Of a stretch of 64,000 bases of DNA, positions 28,755 through 37,243 are shown piece after piece (the stretch's first letter is position 1; each line of letters begins with the position of its first letter). The DNA lies in the IMG/VR virus record IMGVR_UViG_3300043449_002450, positions 112,182-176,181 of that record; one strand, given 5' to 3'. The notes below the pieces were generated by a model. The model was not told the origin of the DNA. It ran no database searches and saw only the letters and a list, made by a program, of their open reading frames with translations. Both the position numbers and the translations under genes were made by a program. This DNA is from a virus.

Positions 28755-28953
28755 AAATTATGGGACGTTAAAATACTTGCACGAGCTTGATGAGATACTG
28801 AACGACCTAGATGGCGTCAGAAGTCATCTAGGTCGTCTTGAACGCAAGGAAAGGTTCACAATTTCACGCGCGATGGAGAGCCTCCGCTACCTTAGACGCA
28901 AGGCATCGCGCCACGGTCTCAAGGTCGGTCTCCTTGAGGAGGAAGACTTATGA
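28738..28953 (+). CDS. Hypothetical protein
   Basis: ATACTTA 28724-28730 directly upstream. Confidence 0.6.
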   Translation: MAKIPENYGTLKYLHELDEILNDLDGVRSHLGRLERKERFTISRAMESLRYLRRKASRHGLKVGLLEEEDL

Positions 28954-29837
28954 ATGCTTTGAGAACATACGTCCGCGCCGTCCTCTCTGAGGCCGTAGGT
29001 CAGGTCACATACCAGCGGACCGATATAGGCAGAGCAGCGGATAAATTCAGCGGTGCCGATGAACTCAACCCTGGCGGATCAGTTCTGGCGAGCGCTGTCA
29101 AGGGCATGGCCACGCTTGGCACAGCCGCTAAAGTCATGTCTAGGACAAAGTCAGGCAAAGTTGCTGCAGGCTGGAATGCAACAAAAGGCTCTAGAAAAAA
29201 TGTTCTCTCTGCTGTTGGCGCGTTGGGTGTTGTTGGATACGCTGTAAGTCAAGATTTTGCTTCTAAAAGAAGTAATGCAGACGCAAAAGATGATGATGAT
29301 GAGCGCTTAAGAGCGCAGATGGCTCAATTCCACGAGAAGCTGATAGCATCGCTGGATGCAACCCAGACACAAATGCTTGAAAGTTTCAGGACGCCCGAGG
29401 TTAGATCTGCAAGCTCTGATCAAATGACACCTGATAAGGCCAAGGCGCTCTTGACGAATTTTAAAGCCAACTACACAAAATATGTCGGCGACTACACTCG
29501 AAAAGGATCCGTGCCCTTAAACAATCGATATGCAGATGTTTTCATGGGGTCCACCGAGACAGGATCAGCCAAGGGTAGACTAGAAAGTATCATCAAAGAT
29601 ACGGCAGCCAACACGAAAGAGTTTGATGAAGCAGGACTCAGATACTACGCGTCTTGCGTCATGCAGATATATGAGGCACAGCTAATTGTTGCTGCGATGA
29701 CCGAAGACCTCGCTGTCATTCCTGATGAGATTACAGACAAGAAGACGTTCCAGGCAGCGTCGGATCAATTCAAGACAAGAATTGATAGCACAAAAGCGCT
29801 TAAGGAGGCGCTTGACGTTACTAGCGGAATGGAATAA
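28950..29837 (+). CDS. Tagged hypothetical protein with one hydrophobic segment
   Basis: MNALRTYVRAVLSEA tag; VLSAVGALGVVGYAV segment. Confidence 0.7.
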   Translation: MNALRTYVRAVLSEAVGQVTYQRTDIGRAADKFSGADELNPGGSVLASAVKGMATLGTAAKVMSRTKSGKVAAGWNATKGSRKNVLSAVGALGVVGYAVSQDFASKRSNADAKDDDDERLRAQMAQFHEKLIASLDATQTQMLESFRTPEVRSASSDQMTPDKAKALLTNFKANYTKYVGDYTRKGSVPLNNRYADVFMGSTETGSAKGRLESIIKDTAANTKEFDEAGLRYYASCVMQIYEAQLIVAAMTEDLAVIPDEITDKKTFQAASDQFKTRIDSTKALKEALDVTSGME

Positions 29838-29890
29838 CGTTTTAACGTGCATCCCGCGCTGTCTAAGATCGCTTAAAGCACGGAGTTTCT

Positions 29891-30226
29891 ATGTCTTGGT
29901 TTCCAGAGATCATGTATGAGGAGGAGGATAATGGTGTTTCCTCTAAGATACCTTTTATTGCCGTTCCAGCTGACCAGGAGATGCCTAAGTTCCTGTTTAT
30001 CTTTGAGAGCAGAGAGACAGGTGAGTTCGAGCCGGGCCCAGAGGGTGAGGATCTACCCGTCGTGCAGCTAGATCTACATCAGTATGCTGATATGACACGC
30101 TTGAAGGCGGGACTCGATGCAGAGACCTTTGACAAGGTGAGAGGTGTTCTCGGCCTAGAGCCTTTAGGCACGGCTGCTTCTAAAGGCGCAAAAATAACGC
30201 AGAACATCAGAAAAAATCTGAGCTGA
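29891..30226 (+). CDS. Hypothetical protein
   Basis: RBS GGAG; TTTAA-N18-TAAGAT upstream. Confidence 0.7.
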   Translation: MSWFPEIMYEEEDNGVSSKIPFIAVPADQEMPKFLFIFESRETGEFEPGPEGEDLPVVQLDLHQYADMTRLKAGLDAETFDKVRGVLGLEPLGTAASKGAKITQNIRKNLS

Positions 30227-30257
30227 CGTATAGTTAAATTTGACGCAGGAGTTTAAA

Positions 30258-30776
30258 ATGCGCTTTGATGTTAATCGTATCTGTGAGCTCGCCGGCATTG
30301 GAGCAGCATCCGGTGGTCTAATGAATGAGGCAGTAACTGCCGCACCCCCAGCAACTGCCAAGCCTGCACCAGGTGCCAAGCCTGCACCAGGTGCCAAGCC
30401 CGCCCCGGCTCCCACAGCCACAACCAAGCCACCAGGTCAGGCGCCTAAGCCAGCTGCTGAGGGTGATGAACATGACGAAGGCTACCATCTTGATGAGATG
30501 GGCTATGAGGAAGGCGACTACCACATGGAAGAGATGAGCATCGATGACGGCGATGTCTATGAGATCGATGAATATGCTCTCATGGAGGCGCTCGTTGGCA
30601 TGCGTCAGCGTCGCCTTGAGGAGTCACAGGTCCGTGACACAGTTCGTGATGAGATTCGTCGCGCGCTCAGCGACCGAAGCGGTTCTTGGATTTACGGTGC
30701 CAATAAGCCCACCAACAGCAAGGCTGGCCAGATCGCTCGTGGCGGATTTGGAATTGGATTTGGTTTCCGTCGCTAA
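30258..30776 (+). CDS. Low-complexity late protein (possible scaffold/internal head protein)
   Basis: ATAGTTA 30230; RBS AGGAG; R..ELAGI..LMNE, PAPGAK repeats, acidic LDEM/MEEM repeats. Confidence 0.65.
   Translation: MRFDVNRICELAGIGAASGGLMNEAVTAAPPATAKPAPGAKPAPGAKPAPAPTATTKPPGQAPKPAAEGDEHDEGYHLDEMGYEEGDYHMEEMSIDDGDVYEIDEYALMEALVGMRQRRLEESQVRDTVRDEIRRALSDRSGSWIYGANKPTNSKAGQIARGGFGIGFGFRR
30356..30400 (+). repeat. 18-nt tandem repeat x2.5 (TGCCAAGCCTGCACCAGG) encoding AKPAPG
   Basis: Units at 30356-30373 and 30374-30391, partial unit 30392-30400. Confidence 0.9.
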
Positions 30777-30813
30777 TTAGATAAAACATAGATCATTAGA
30801 AGTTAAAAAACTG

Positions 30814-30851
30814 GCTCCGGTCCTCTATGATAAAGGGGACCGGAGCTTTTT
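30814..30851 (+). terminator. Rho-independent terminator whose loop carries TATGAT and whose 3' arm carries the next RBS
   Basis: gctccggtcctct / aggggaccggagc followed by TTTTT. Confidence 0.75.
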
Positions 30852-31181
30852 ATGACTTATGAAGTTGGCCAAATCGTGTATCTATTGAGCAATAATGACA
30901 TGAAGATCTTCCCAGTGCAGGTCGTAGAAGAGATCACTAGAAAGCGGATCGGAGGTGAAGATGTGACATATAAGATTGTCCTGCCCAATAAGGCACGAAC
31001 ACAAGCTGATCTTGAGAGCATGGATGCGACCCCTTTTACTTCGCCAGGTGAGCTTAGGACACACATGATTGAAAACGCGATACGCATGATTGACACCATG
31101 ATAGAGCGTGCCAATCGAATGAGTGTGCAAGCGTTCGAAACAGCTCAACCCGTGCAAGACGACGAGAGTGTGGTAGAATAG
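30852..31181 (+). CDS. Hypothetical protein (SH3/KOW-like N-terminus)
   Basis: YEVGQIVYL pattern. Confidence 0.65.
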   Translation: MTYEVGQIVYLLSNNDMKIFPVQVVEEITRKRIGGEDVTYKIVLPNKARTQADLESMDATPFTSPGELRTHMIENAIRMIDTMIERANRMSVQAFETAQPVQDDESVVE

Positions 31182-31195
31182 ACTAGAGGTAAAAA

Positions 31196-32002
31196 ATGAA
31201 GGTCGCGCTTCTAGATGGTTACAATCTCATGCATCGCTCACGCTTCGGTGTCAAGGGTGAGAACAGCACAGTGTTCACTTTCTTCCGCAGCTTGCGTCCG
31301 CTAATCGAGGCACTTTCACCCGACAAGGTGTATCTCGTCCTCGAGGGCGTGCCGGTCCACCGCCAGGCACTTGATTCAGAATATAAAGCTAATCGACGAA
31401 TCGAAGAAGGAACGAAACAGCATGAGGAGATGCTAGAGTTTCGTCGGCAGAAGAGGATCATCATTGACCTCCTCCAGCACTTTCCTATCACACTCGCTAA
31501 GCATCCTGAGCTTGAGTGCGACGATACCATTGCGTCTCTCTCTCGGGCACACGCCGCTGATGAGGTTACCATCGTCAGCACGGACACTGACTTCTACCAG
31601 CTCCTAGGCCAAGAAAATCTACGAATCTACAATCCTGTCCGTAAGGAGTATGTCGTGCCTGTCGAGTATGATTATCTCGCTTGGAAGGCTCTCCGCGGCG
31701 ACAAGACAGACAACGTTCCATCTGTTGCTGGCCTCACTGACAAGGCAGCTGAGAAGCTGCTTGCCAATCCTCAGAAGCTCGAATCATTCCTCAATGAGGG
31801 AAATAACCGAGCTGATTACGCACGCAATCTGGAGCTAATTGGGTTCAAGTATGTGGGCCCAGATGTCATTAATTATGTTGTTGGAAATCCTGACTGGGGA
31901 AAATTGCGCTCTCACCTAACAGGGCTCAAGTTCTTCTCCATGACCAACGACAAGGCATGGAAGAACTACACGGCGACCTTTGAGGCTATTTACTCCCGCT
32001 GA
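31196..32002 (+). CDS. Second 5'-3' exonuclease/flap endonuclease
   Basis: LLDGYNL, YKANR, ECDDTIA, STDTDFYQL, GDKTDNVP. Confidence 0.9.
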   Translation: MKVALLDGYNLMHRSRFGVKGENSTVFTFFRSLRPLIEALSPDKVYLVLEGVPVHRQALDSEYKANRRIEEGTKQHEEMLEFRRQKRIIIDLLQHFPITLAKHPELECDDTIASLSRAHAADEVTIVSTDTDFYQLLGQENLRIYNPVRKEYVVPVEYDYLAWKALRGDKTDNVPSVAGLTDKAAEKLLANPQKLESFLNEGNNRADYARNLELIGFKYVGPDVINYVVGNPDWGKLRSHLTGLKFFSMTNDKAWKNYTATFEAIYSR

Positions 32003-32016
32003 CGCGTGTTTATGAT

Positions 32017-32211
32017 GTGCTCATGGAAGCACATCTTACAGACAATCAACAACAACAGCTCCGGCAGCGCGGTGTCATCGCACATGATGAGATCGCGATC
32101 CGAATGGGCGATCTTGTGATCGCAGAGAACGTCGTCACCCGTAACCGGCGCGTGATCGAGGCGGCACAACTTTCTGAGGACATGCGTCCCCGCCGCGTCC
32201 TGAGGGATTAA
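32017..32211 (+). CDS. Hypothetical protein
   Basis: Abuts groEL; not GroES-like by eye. Confidence 0.55.
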   Translation: MLMEAHLTDNQQQQLRQRGVIAHDEIAIRMGDLVIAENVVTRNRRVIEAAQLSEDMRPRRVLRD

Positions 32212-33804
32212 ATGCACGAAGAGACTGACAAGCTTGTTCTCTTTGATCATGACACACGCGACCGCCTGTTAAAGGGAGTCAACACACTTGCTGACGCGGT
32301 CAAGGTGACGATGGGACCCCGCGGTAGGAATGTGATCATTGAGCGACCTGGGCAGCACCCTATCCTCACAAAGGATGGCGTGACTGTTGCTAGAGCTATC
32401 AACCTGCGTGACAAGGTCGCCAATCTAGGCGCACAGATGGCTAAGGAAGCAGCCTCGCGGACAGCAGACGAGGCAGGTGATGGGACGACCACAGCCACAG
32501 TCCTCACACAGGCGATCTATGCTGAAGGGCTCAAGATGCTCGCCGCGGGATACTCAGCCTCAGATCTCAAGAAGGGCATCGACATGGCTGTCGATGAGGC
32601 GCTGGATGCTATAACAGGCATATCGACACCTGTCGCTGGCGAGGAGGATCTACTTAGGGTTGCAACAGTTTCTGCTAATGGCGAGACAGAGCTGGGCGAG
32701 CTCATCTCGCGTGCGATCAAGACAGTCGGTCAGGACGGTGTTGTCACAGTCGAGGAGGCGAAGGGATTCAGCAGCTCGCTTAACGTGGTATCGGGCGCTC
32801 GACTCGAGCGAGGCTACCTGTCTCCTTATTTTGTCACAAACCAGGATAAGATGGTCTGCGAGCTTGATCGGCCTGTTGTCCTAGTTCTTAATACGCGCCT
32901 TGACACGCTTCGTGATATCGCAGGATTTCTTGAGCGAGTTCTAGCTGCCAAGAGGCCCTTACTCTTGATCTGTGAAGACGTCGATGGTGAGGCATTGCAG
33001 GGGCTCGTTGTCAATAAGCTCAAGGGAATTCTGAATGTCTGCGCAATAAGGCTTCCTGGGATTGGCGAGAGCAGATATGACTACGCGCAAGATCTTGCAT
33101 CTTTGCTAGGCACCACAGTCTTTCACACATCTGACGTGAGCAGCCTTGCTTCCACTTCGATCGACTCTCTAGGTTCGTGTCTTCGTGCAACAATCAGCAA
33201 GTCAGAGTCTATTCTTGTTGGCGCAAAGGGCACGGCTGAGTCATACGCAGATCGTGTCGAGGAGATCAGAGCACGTGCTGCTGAGACACCTGACGAGGAT
33301 GAGCGCGAACATTGCAAGCGTCGTCTAGCCTTGCTTTCCGGAGGTGTTGCCGTGCTCAAGGTGGGCGGCGCTACAGAGGCTGAACTCCGAGAAAGACGAG
33401 ACCGAGTTGATGATGCTCTTCATGCAACGCAGGCAGCTCTTCGTGAAGGAATAGTCCCCGGCGGTGGAGTAGCCCTGGCCCGCGCGAGCAAGCAGCTTTC
33501 CGAAGTGCAACCTGGGCCATACACCGCGGGCAGGCAGGTCGTGAGGCACGCTTGCAGCATGCCACTACGTCAGATTGTTGCAAACAGTGGTGGTGTTCCA
33601 GACATTGTCTTAGCACGCGTGCTTGAAGGTGAGACACGTCAGGGATACAATGCCTACACTGAGACATACGGTGATATGCTTGAAATGGGCATCATTGATC
33701 CTGCTAGAGTGGTTCGTTGCGCTCTGAAGAACGCAGCATCTGCTGCTGGAATGATGCTTACAGCAGGATGCACTCTTGTCGAGGACGAAGGCGGCGCTGC
33801 TTGA
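32212..33804 (+). CDS. groEL: GroEL-like chaperonin
   Basis: AVKVTMGPRGRNV, TKDGVTVA, AGDGTTTATVL, GYLSPYF, VGGATE.E, GIVPGGG, GIIDP; no GGM tail. Confidence 0.96.
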   Translation: MHEETDKLVLFDHDTRDRLLKGVNTLADAVKVTMGPRGRNVIIERPGQHPILTKDGVTVARAINLRDKVANLGAQMAKEAASRTADEAGDGTTTATVLTQAIYAEGLKMLAAGYSASDLKKGIDMAVDEALDAITGISTPVAGEEDLLRVATVSANGETELGELISRAIKTVGQDGVVTVEEAKGFSSSLNVVSGARLERGYLSPYFVTNQDKMVCELDRPVVLVLNTRLDTLRDIAGFLERVLAAKRPLLLICEDVDGEALQGLVVNKLKGILNVCAIRLPGIGESRYDYAQDLASLLGTTVFHTSDVSSLASTSIDSLGSCLRATISKSESILVGAKGTAESYADRVEEIRARAAETPDEDEREHCKRRLALLSGGVAVLKVGGATEAELRERRDRVDDALHATQAALREGIVPGGGVALARASKQLSEVQPGPYTAGRQVVRHACSMPLRQIVANSGGVPDIVLARVLEGETRQGYNAYTETYGDMLEMGIIDPARVVRCALKNAASAAGMMLTAGCTLVEDEGGAA

Positions 33805-33816
33805 TAAATAGATTCG

Positions 33817-34158
33817 ATGCGCTACTTAAACGAAGACAAGACACTCAACAGCAAGCTGCTCAAGATCTCGGTATCGGTGACGATGACCGAGGAATCTCAC
33901 GTGCCTGACACCATGCTACTGATTCGATGCTTACCCGCAGTGGCTGTCGTTGGCCAGTCTGATAGGGTCGAGCGATCGCAGGCGACAGGAACGATTCTTG
34001 ATCTGTATATCAAGTTCCTGCCCAATCCCGGATCTCTCTACAAGAATCTCATGGACCTCTGTAGGGCGATCAAGAAGCTAAAGGGCGTCAAGCACATCAA
34101 GATCGAGCGTGTAGGTGGAAGAACTGTAACCTACAAAGGCCAGGCGATCGTCATATGA
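33817..34158 (+). CDS. Hypothetical protein
   Basis: ATAAATA 33804 upstream; begins MRYLNE. Confidence 0.65.
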   Translation: MRYLNEDKTLNSKLLKISVSVTMTEESHVPDTMLLIRCLPAVAVVGQSDRVERSQATGTILDLYIKFLPNPGSLYKNLMDLCRAIKKLKGVKHIKIERVGGRTVTYKGQAIVI

Positions 34159-34364
34159 ATGCGCATCTCATCGCGGGATTTAGATCGGATCTCGAGGTGG
34201 GGATGGGCTACCTCAAGATCAGCAAGTCTATCAAGGATATTGGCGATGTCAGGCAAGCGAGAGGTGTCTACGTCTGCACTGTCAAGCTCGCCAAGCCTTT
34301 TAACGAAGTCGCTGCCGACATATCAGCAAGATTCGGTAGGTTCGTTCAACTTAGAAAAGTTTAG
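34155..34364 (+). CDS. Hypothetical protein
   Basis: ATGA overlap. Confidence 0.55.
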   Translation: MNAHLIAGFRSDLEVGMGYLKISKSIKDIGDVRQARGVYVCTVKLAKPFNEVAADISARFGRFVQLRKV

Positions 34365-34451
34365 TTGTAAAGTCGCCCCATCCCATCCTATTATTGTTAT
34401 GTCCAGCAGGACAGCTAACTAAAACAAGGTAATGAGCAAGGAGACATAGAG

Positions 34452-34673
34452 TTGAGGGTTGGAACTTTTGATGAGCTAGGTATGCGTGAGCTTCATGAGC
34501 TTGAGCAGATGCAGTCATTCTACAAGGATAGGATCCGGTCATGCAAGCGAAACGGAGAGCCAACGAAGCACTTCGAGGTTGAGCTTACCTACGTGCAGCG
34601 CGAGCTTGAGATCCGAGAGAAGCGCGCACTTTTTGTCGAAAAAATGAATCGTGCCCCTGTTCAAAACGGTTAG
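34452..34673 (+). CDS. Hypothetical protein
   Basis: RBS AAGGAG plus TTG; TGTAA-N18-TATTAT at 34366-34394. Confidence 0.6.
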   Translation: MRVGTFDELGMRELHELEQMQSFYKDRIRSCKRNGEPTKHFEVELTYVQRELEIREKRALFVEKMNRAPVQNG

Positions 34674-34706
34674 CGTGATTACATTGCGTGTGCACAAGGA
34701 GGCAAA

Positions 34707-35084
34707 GTGAGATACGCTTTTATGAATGATCCGTTCGATTTCATCAGTAACACTCGAAATAGTGTCACGCCACGCATCAACGTGGGTCACAATAAGGAGG
34801 GCATCATGCTACAAGTTGCCCTCCCGGGTTTCTCTCGATCAGATATTGATGTTGAGGTTGCAAATGGCAGGCTCAATGTCCGAGCGAAGAGCAACAATGC
34901 TGCATCTAACTATGAGTTCTCCACACAGGAGTTCAAGATTGGCGATTACACCCAGTCTTGGAGCCTTCCTAAGAATGTGAACTCTGATGCAGTCGAGGCA
35001 GAGTATGAGGCAGGAATCCTCTCGGTGACACTGCCGTATAGCCAGAGCAATCGCGAAAACGTTCGTAAGATTGCACTAGGCTGA
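34707..35084 (+). CDS. Small heat-shock protein (Hsp20/alpha-crystallin)
   Basis: PRINV, LPGFSRSDIDVEV, LP..V..A.YE.GIL.V.LP. Confidence 0.9.
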   Translation: MRYAFMNDPFDFISNTRNSVTPRINVGHNKEGIMLQVALPGFSRSDIDVEVANGRLNVRAKSNNAASNYEFSTQEFKIGDYTQSWSLPKNVNSDAVEAEYEAGILSVTLPYSQSNRENVRKIALG

Positions 35085-35089
35085 TCAAC

Positions 35090-35129
35090 CACGGGCCCGC
35101 AGCGAATACCTGCGGGCCCGTGCGTGTTT
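35090..35129 (+). terminator. 13-bp GC hairpin (probable terminator)
   Basis: cacgggcccgcag 35090-35102 / ctgcgggcccgtg 35110-35122; weak T-tract. Confidence 0.65.
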
Positions 35130-35167
35130 GGCGCAATATGGTAGAATAGTAACACAAGGAGGCAAAC

Positions 35168-35908
35168 GTGGCAGAAATGGAGACATACTTTAAGCATCTT
35201 TCTCGTGGTCGGCTTCTCACCCGTGAGGAGGAGGTCGAGCTTTCCCAGCTCATCGAGGCAGGCGATAAGCGCGCACGGGATCGAATGATCGAGTCAAATC
35301 TTCGACTCGCAGTTTCGATCGCCAAGCGGCACCAGCGTAGCGGCTGTAACCTGGAGGATCTGATTCAGGAGTCGAACGTGGGCCTGATCAAGGCAGTAGA
35401 TCGGTTCGACTGGCGTCGAGGCTTCAAGTTCTCCACCTACGCGTCCTGGTGGATCAAGCAGGCGGTCCGACGACACGTCACTGACACGTCGTCCGACATT
35501 CGCGTTCCGGCACACACGACCGCTCTCGCGTATCGGATCTCGGTCTTTGTCGATGAATATGAGAATGAGTTCAACACTCGACCCACCGTCGAGGAGATCG
35601 CCGAGATGATGTGCGTCCCGGTGTCTACTGTTCAGGAGCTCATGAACAGCAGCGGTGTTCGATCGATGGTCTCTCTGGACGCGATGATCGGAGATGAGGA
35701 CGGCAAGAAGATCCTCGAGACGATTCCGGACGACAACGCAGTCTCGCCCGATGAGGCTATTGATCGCGAGAAGATCCTCAGCGCGATCAGCCGCTGCCTT
35801 GACAAGCTCACTCCCCGAGAGGAGCAGGTCCTTCGTCTTCGGTTTGGCGTGTCTGATGTGCAGGATACTAGCAACTTTCCCGAACAGCTCTTTACTGGAG
35901 GCATCTAA
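35168..35908 (+). CDS. RNA polymerase sigma-70 family factor (RpoD/RpoS-like regions 1.2-4)
   Basis: LLTREEE, ESNLRLAVSIAK, DLIQESNVGLIKAVDRFD.RRGFKFSTYASWWIKQA, IRVP, SLD, LTPREEQVLRLRFG; region 4.2 HTH appears absent. Confidence 0.93.
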   Translation: MAEMETYFKHLSRGRLLTREEEVELSQLIEAGDKRARDRMIESNLRLAVSIAKRHQRSGCNLEDLIQESNVGLIKAVDRFDWRRGFKFSTYASWWIKQAVRRHVTDTSSDIRVPAHTTALAYRISVFVDEYENEFNTRPTVEEIAEMMCVPVSTVQELMNSSGVRSMVSLDAMIGDEDGKKILETIPDDNAVSPDEAIDREKILSAISRCLDKLTPREEQVLRLRFGVSDVQDTSNFPEQLFTGGI

Positions 35909-35910
35909 TC

Positions 35911-36198
35911 ATGGCTAAGCCCAAGGGACACAAGTCCCAGCACGGCTACTCTGTCTTTTCTGAGTTCAACGGTGGCCTTGGCTACAAGGACATCGCAGAG
36001 AAGATGACTGAGACGGGTCACAAGATGAACCTGTCGACTGCACGAAACGTCCTCGTCTCAGCCTTGGACAAGGTGGCGCGGGAGGTTTGCAGTGCCTACG
36101 GCGTCGAGGCAACAGACGAGGATCTCAAGCGGATCGCATCTGACCCGCGCTTCCAGTCTGGCATCTATGACATGCTAAACGAGCGCAGCAAGCGTTGA
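35911..36198 (+). CDS. Putative HTH DNA-binding protein
   Basis: LGYKDIAEKM....MNLSTARN...AL.K resembles a sigma region-4 type HTH. Confidence 0.5.
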   Translation: MAKPKGHKSQHGYSVFSEFNGGLGYKDIAEKMTETGHKMNLSTARNVLVSALDKVAREVCSAYGVEATDEDLKRIASDPRFQSGIYDMLNERSKR

Positions 36199-36238
36199 TA
36201 TTTAACACGAGGCACAACAGCCTCGACGGGAGGCTAAA

Positions 36239-36466
36239 ATGGACGGGTGCTTCTACGATCAAGAGACAAAGACAGTAATCCTCAAGTTCGACCGGACGAT
36301 GATCAATATCGACCTCGAGGATTTCATGGACATGCTTTACAGCCTTCACGAGGCGAAGATAGCCATCCAGGAGGATCCTGAGGTTGAGCTAGGCACGTTC
36401 ACAGATGAGGATGGTAAGACCTGGGAGCAGTTTGTTGTAAAGGGCGAAGACGAAGAGTATAGTTGA
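36239..36466 (+). CDS. Hypothetical acidic protein
   Basis: RBS GGAGG. Confidence 0.6.
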   Translation: MDGCFYDQETKTVILKFDRTMINIDLEDFMDMLYSLHEAKIAIQEDPEVELGTFTDEDGKTWEQFVVKGEDEEYS

Positions 36467-36492
36467 GTCACTAAACAAGGAGTTTATAGAAT

Positions 36493-36714
36493 ATGTCCAC
36501 GACAGATAAGGTAGCAATTGCAGAGCTAGTTGAGCGCATCAAGCAGATCGATAATGAGATCAAGCTTCTCCAGGAGGATCGAAAGACTGTCCTCGATGAC
36601 TACAAGGACAAGCTTGACATTAAGGCATTCAAGGCTGCCCTTCGCATTGTCAAGCTCCGAAAGGATGTCGACGAGACAGAGCTTGACAGTATTATTGACG
36701 TCCTGGAGGCCTAA
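36493..36714 (+). CDS. DUF2312/GapR (T4 DsbA-like) DNA-binding protein
   Basis: ELVERI...E.K.L.ED.K.V...K...D.KA...LRI.K pattern; TGTAA-N17-TATAGT at 36436-36463. Confidence 0.7.
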   Translation: MSTTDKVAIAELVERIKQIDNEIKLLQEDRKTVLDDYKDKLDIKAFKAALRIVKLRKDVDETELDSIIDVLEA

Positions 36715-37187
36715 TGGGCAACTTCATCACCCGGCGCGGTCTCAACAAGCTTGAAGCAGTGCTACTCAAGCTGAAGACGACCGACCTTCGAGCAGCGCAG
36801 GAGCAGGTCAACGATGCGCGGGAGGAGGGGCGTCTGGAGGAAAACGAGGGTTACCTCCACGCTCAGGAGCAGTGCAGGATGATTGAGGGTCGGATCGCTG
36901 AGCTCGAAGATTCGCTGTCCACACTCGAGGTCTTTGAGGGTCCCGTCTCGACAGACGTCGTTGGCTTCTGTAGCTACGTCACCATCGAGGATGTTGATAC
37001 AGGCAAGACACGTGTTGTGCAGATTGTCAATGAGTTCGAGGCAAACATCAGCGTCGGAATGCTCAGCATCAACTCTCCCCTCGGTAGCATCTTGCTTGGC
37101 AGCGCCGTTGATGATGAGGTCGAGCTCATAACGCCTCGTGGCACAACCAACTATCGAATCTTGAAGATCGAGTCGAGTAGTTTCTAA
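36714..37187 (+). CDS. greA: GreA/GreB-family transcription factor with an altered catalytic tip
   Basis: IT..G..KL, AREEGRLEENEGY..A, V.F.S.V, S..SPLG..LLG..V.D.V..TP.G. Confidence 0.85.
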   Translation: MGNFITRRGLNKLEAVLLKLKTTDLRAAQEQVNDAREEGRLEENEGYLHAQEQCRMIEGRIAELEDSLSTLEVFEGPVSTDVVGFCSYVTIEDVDTGKTRVVQIVNEFEANISVGMLSINSPLGSILLGSAVDDEVELITPRGTTNYRILKIESSSF

Positions 37188-37198
37188 CACGTGCGTGC

Positions 37199-37232
37199 GT
37201 GGGTCCTGGGTGCTATAATGCCTAGGACCCAC
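37199..37232 (+). promoter_or_regulatory. 13-bp hairpin with TATAAT in the loop
   Basis: gtgggtcctgggt / gcctaggacccac; loop gctataat; TGCGT 17 nt upstream of the -10. Confidence 0.6.
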
Positions 37233-37243
37233 TTGGAGTATTC

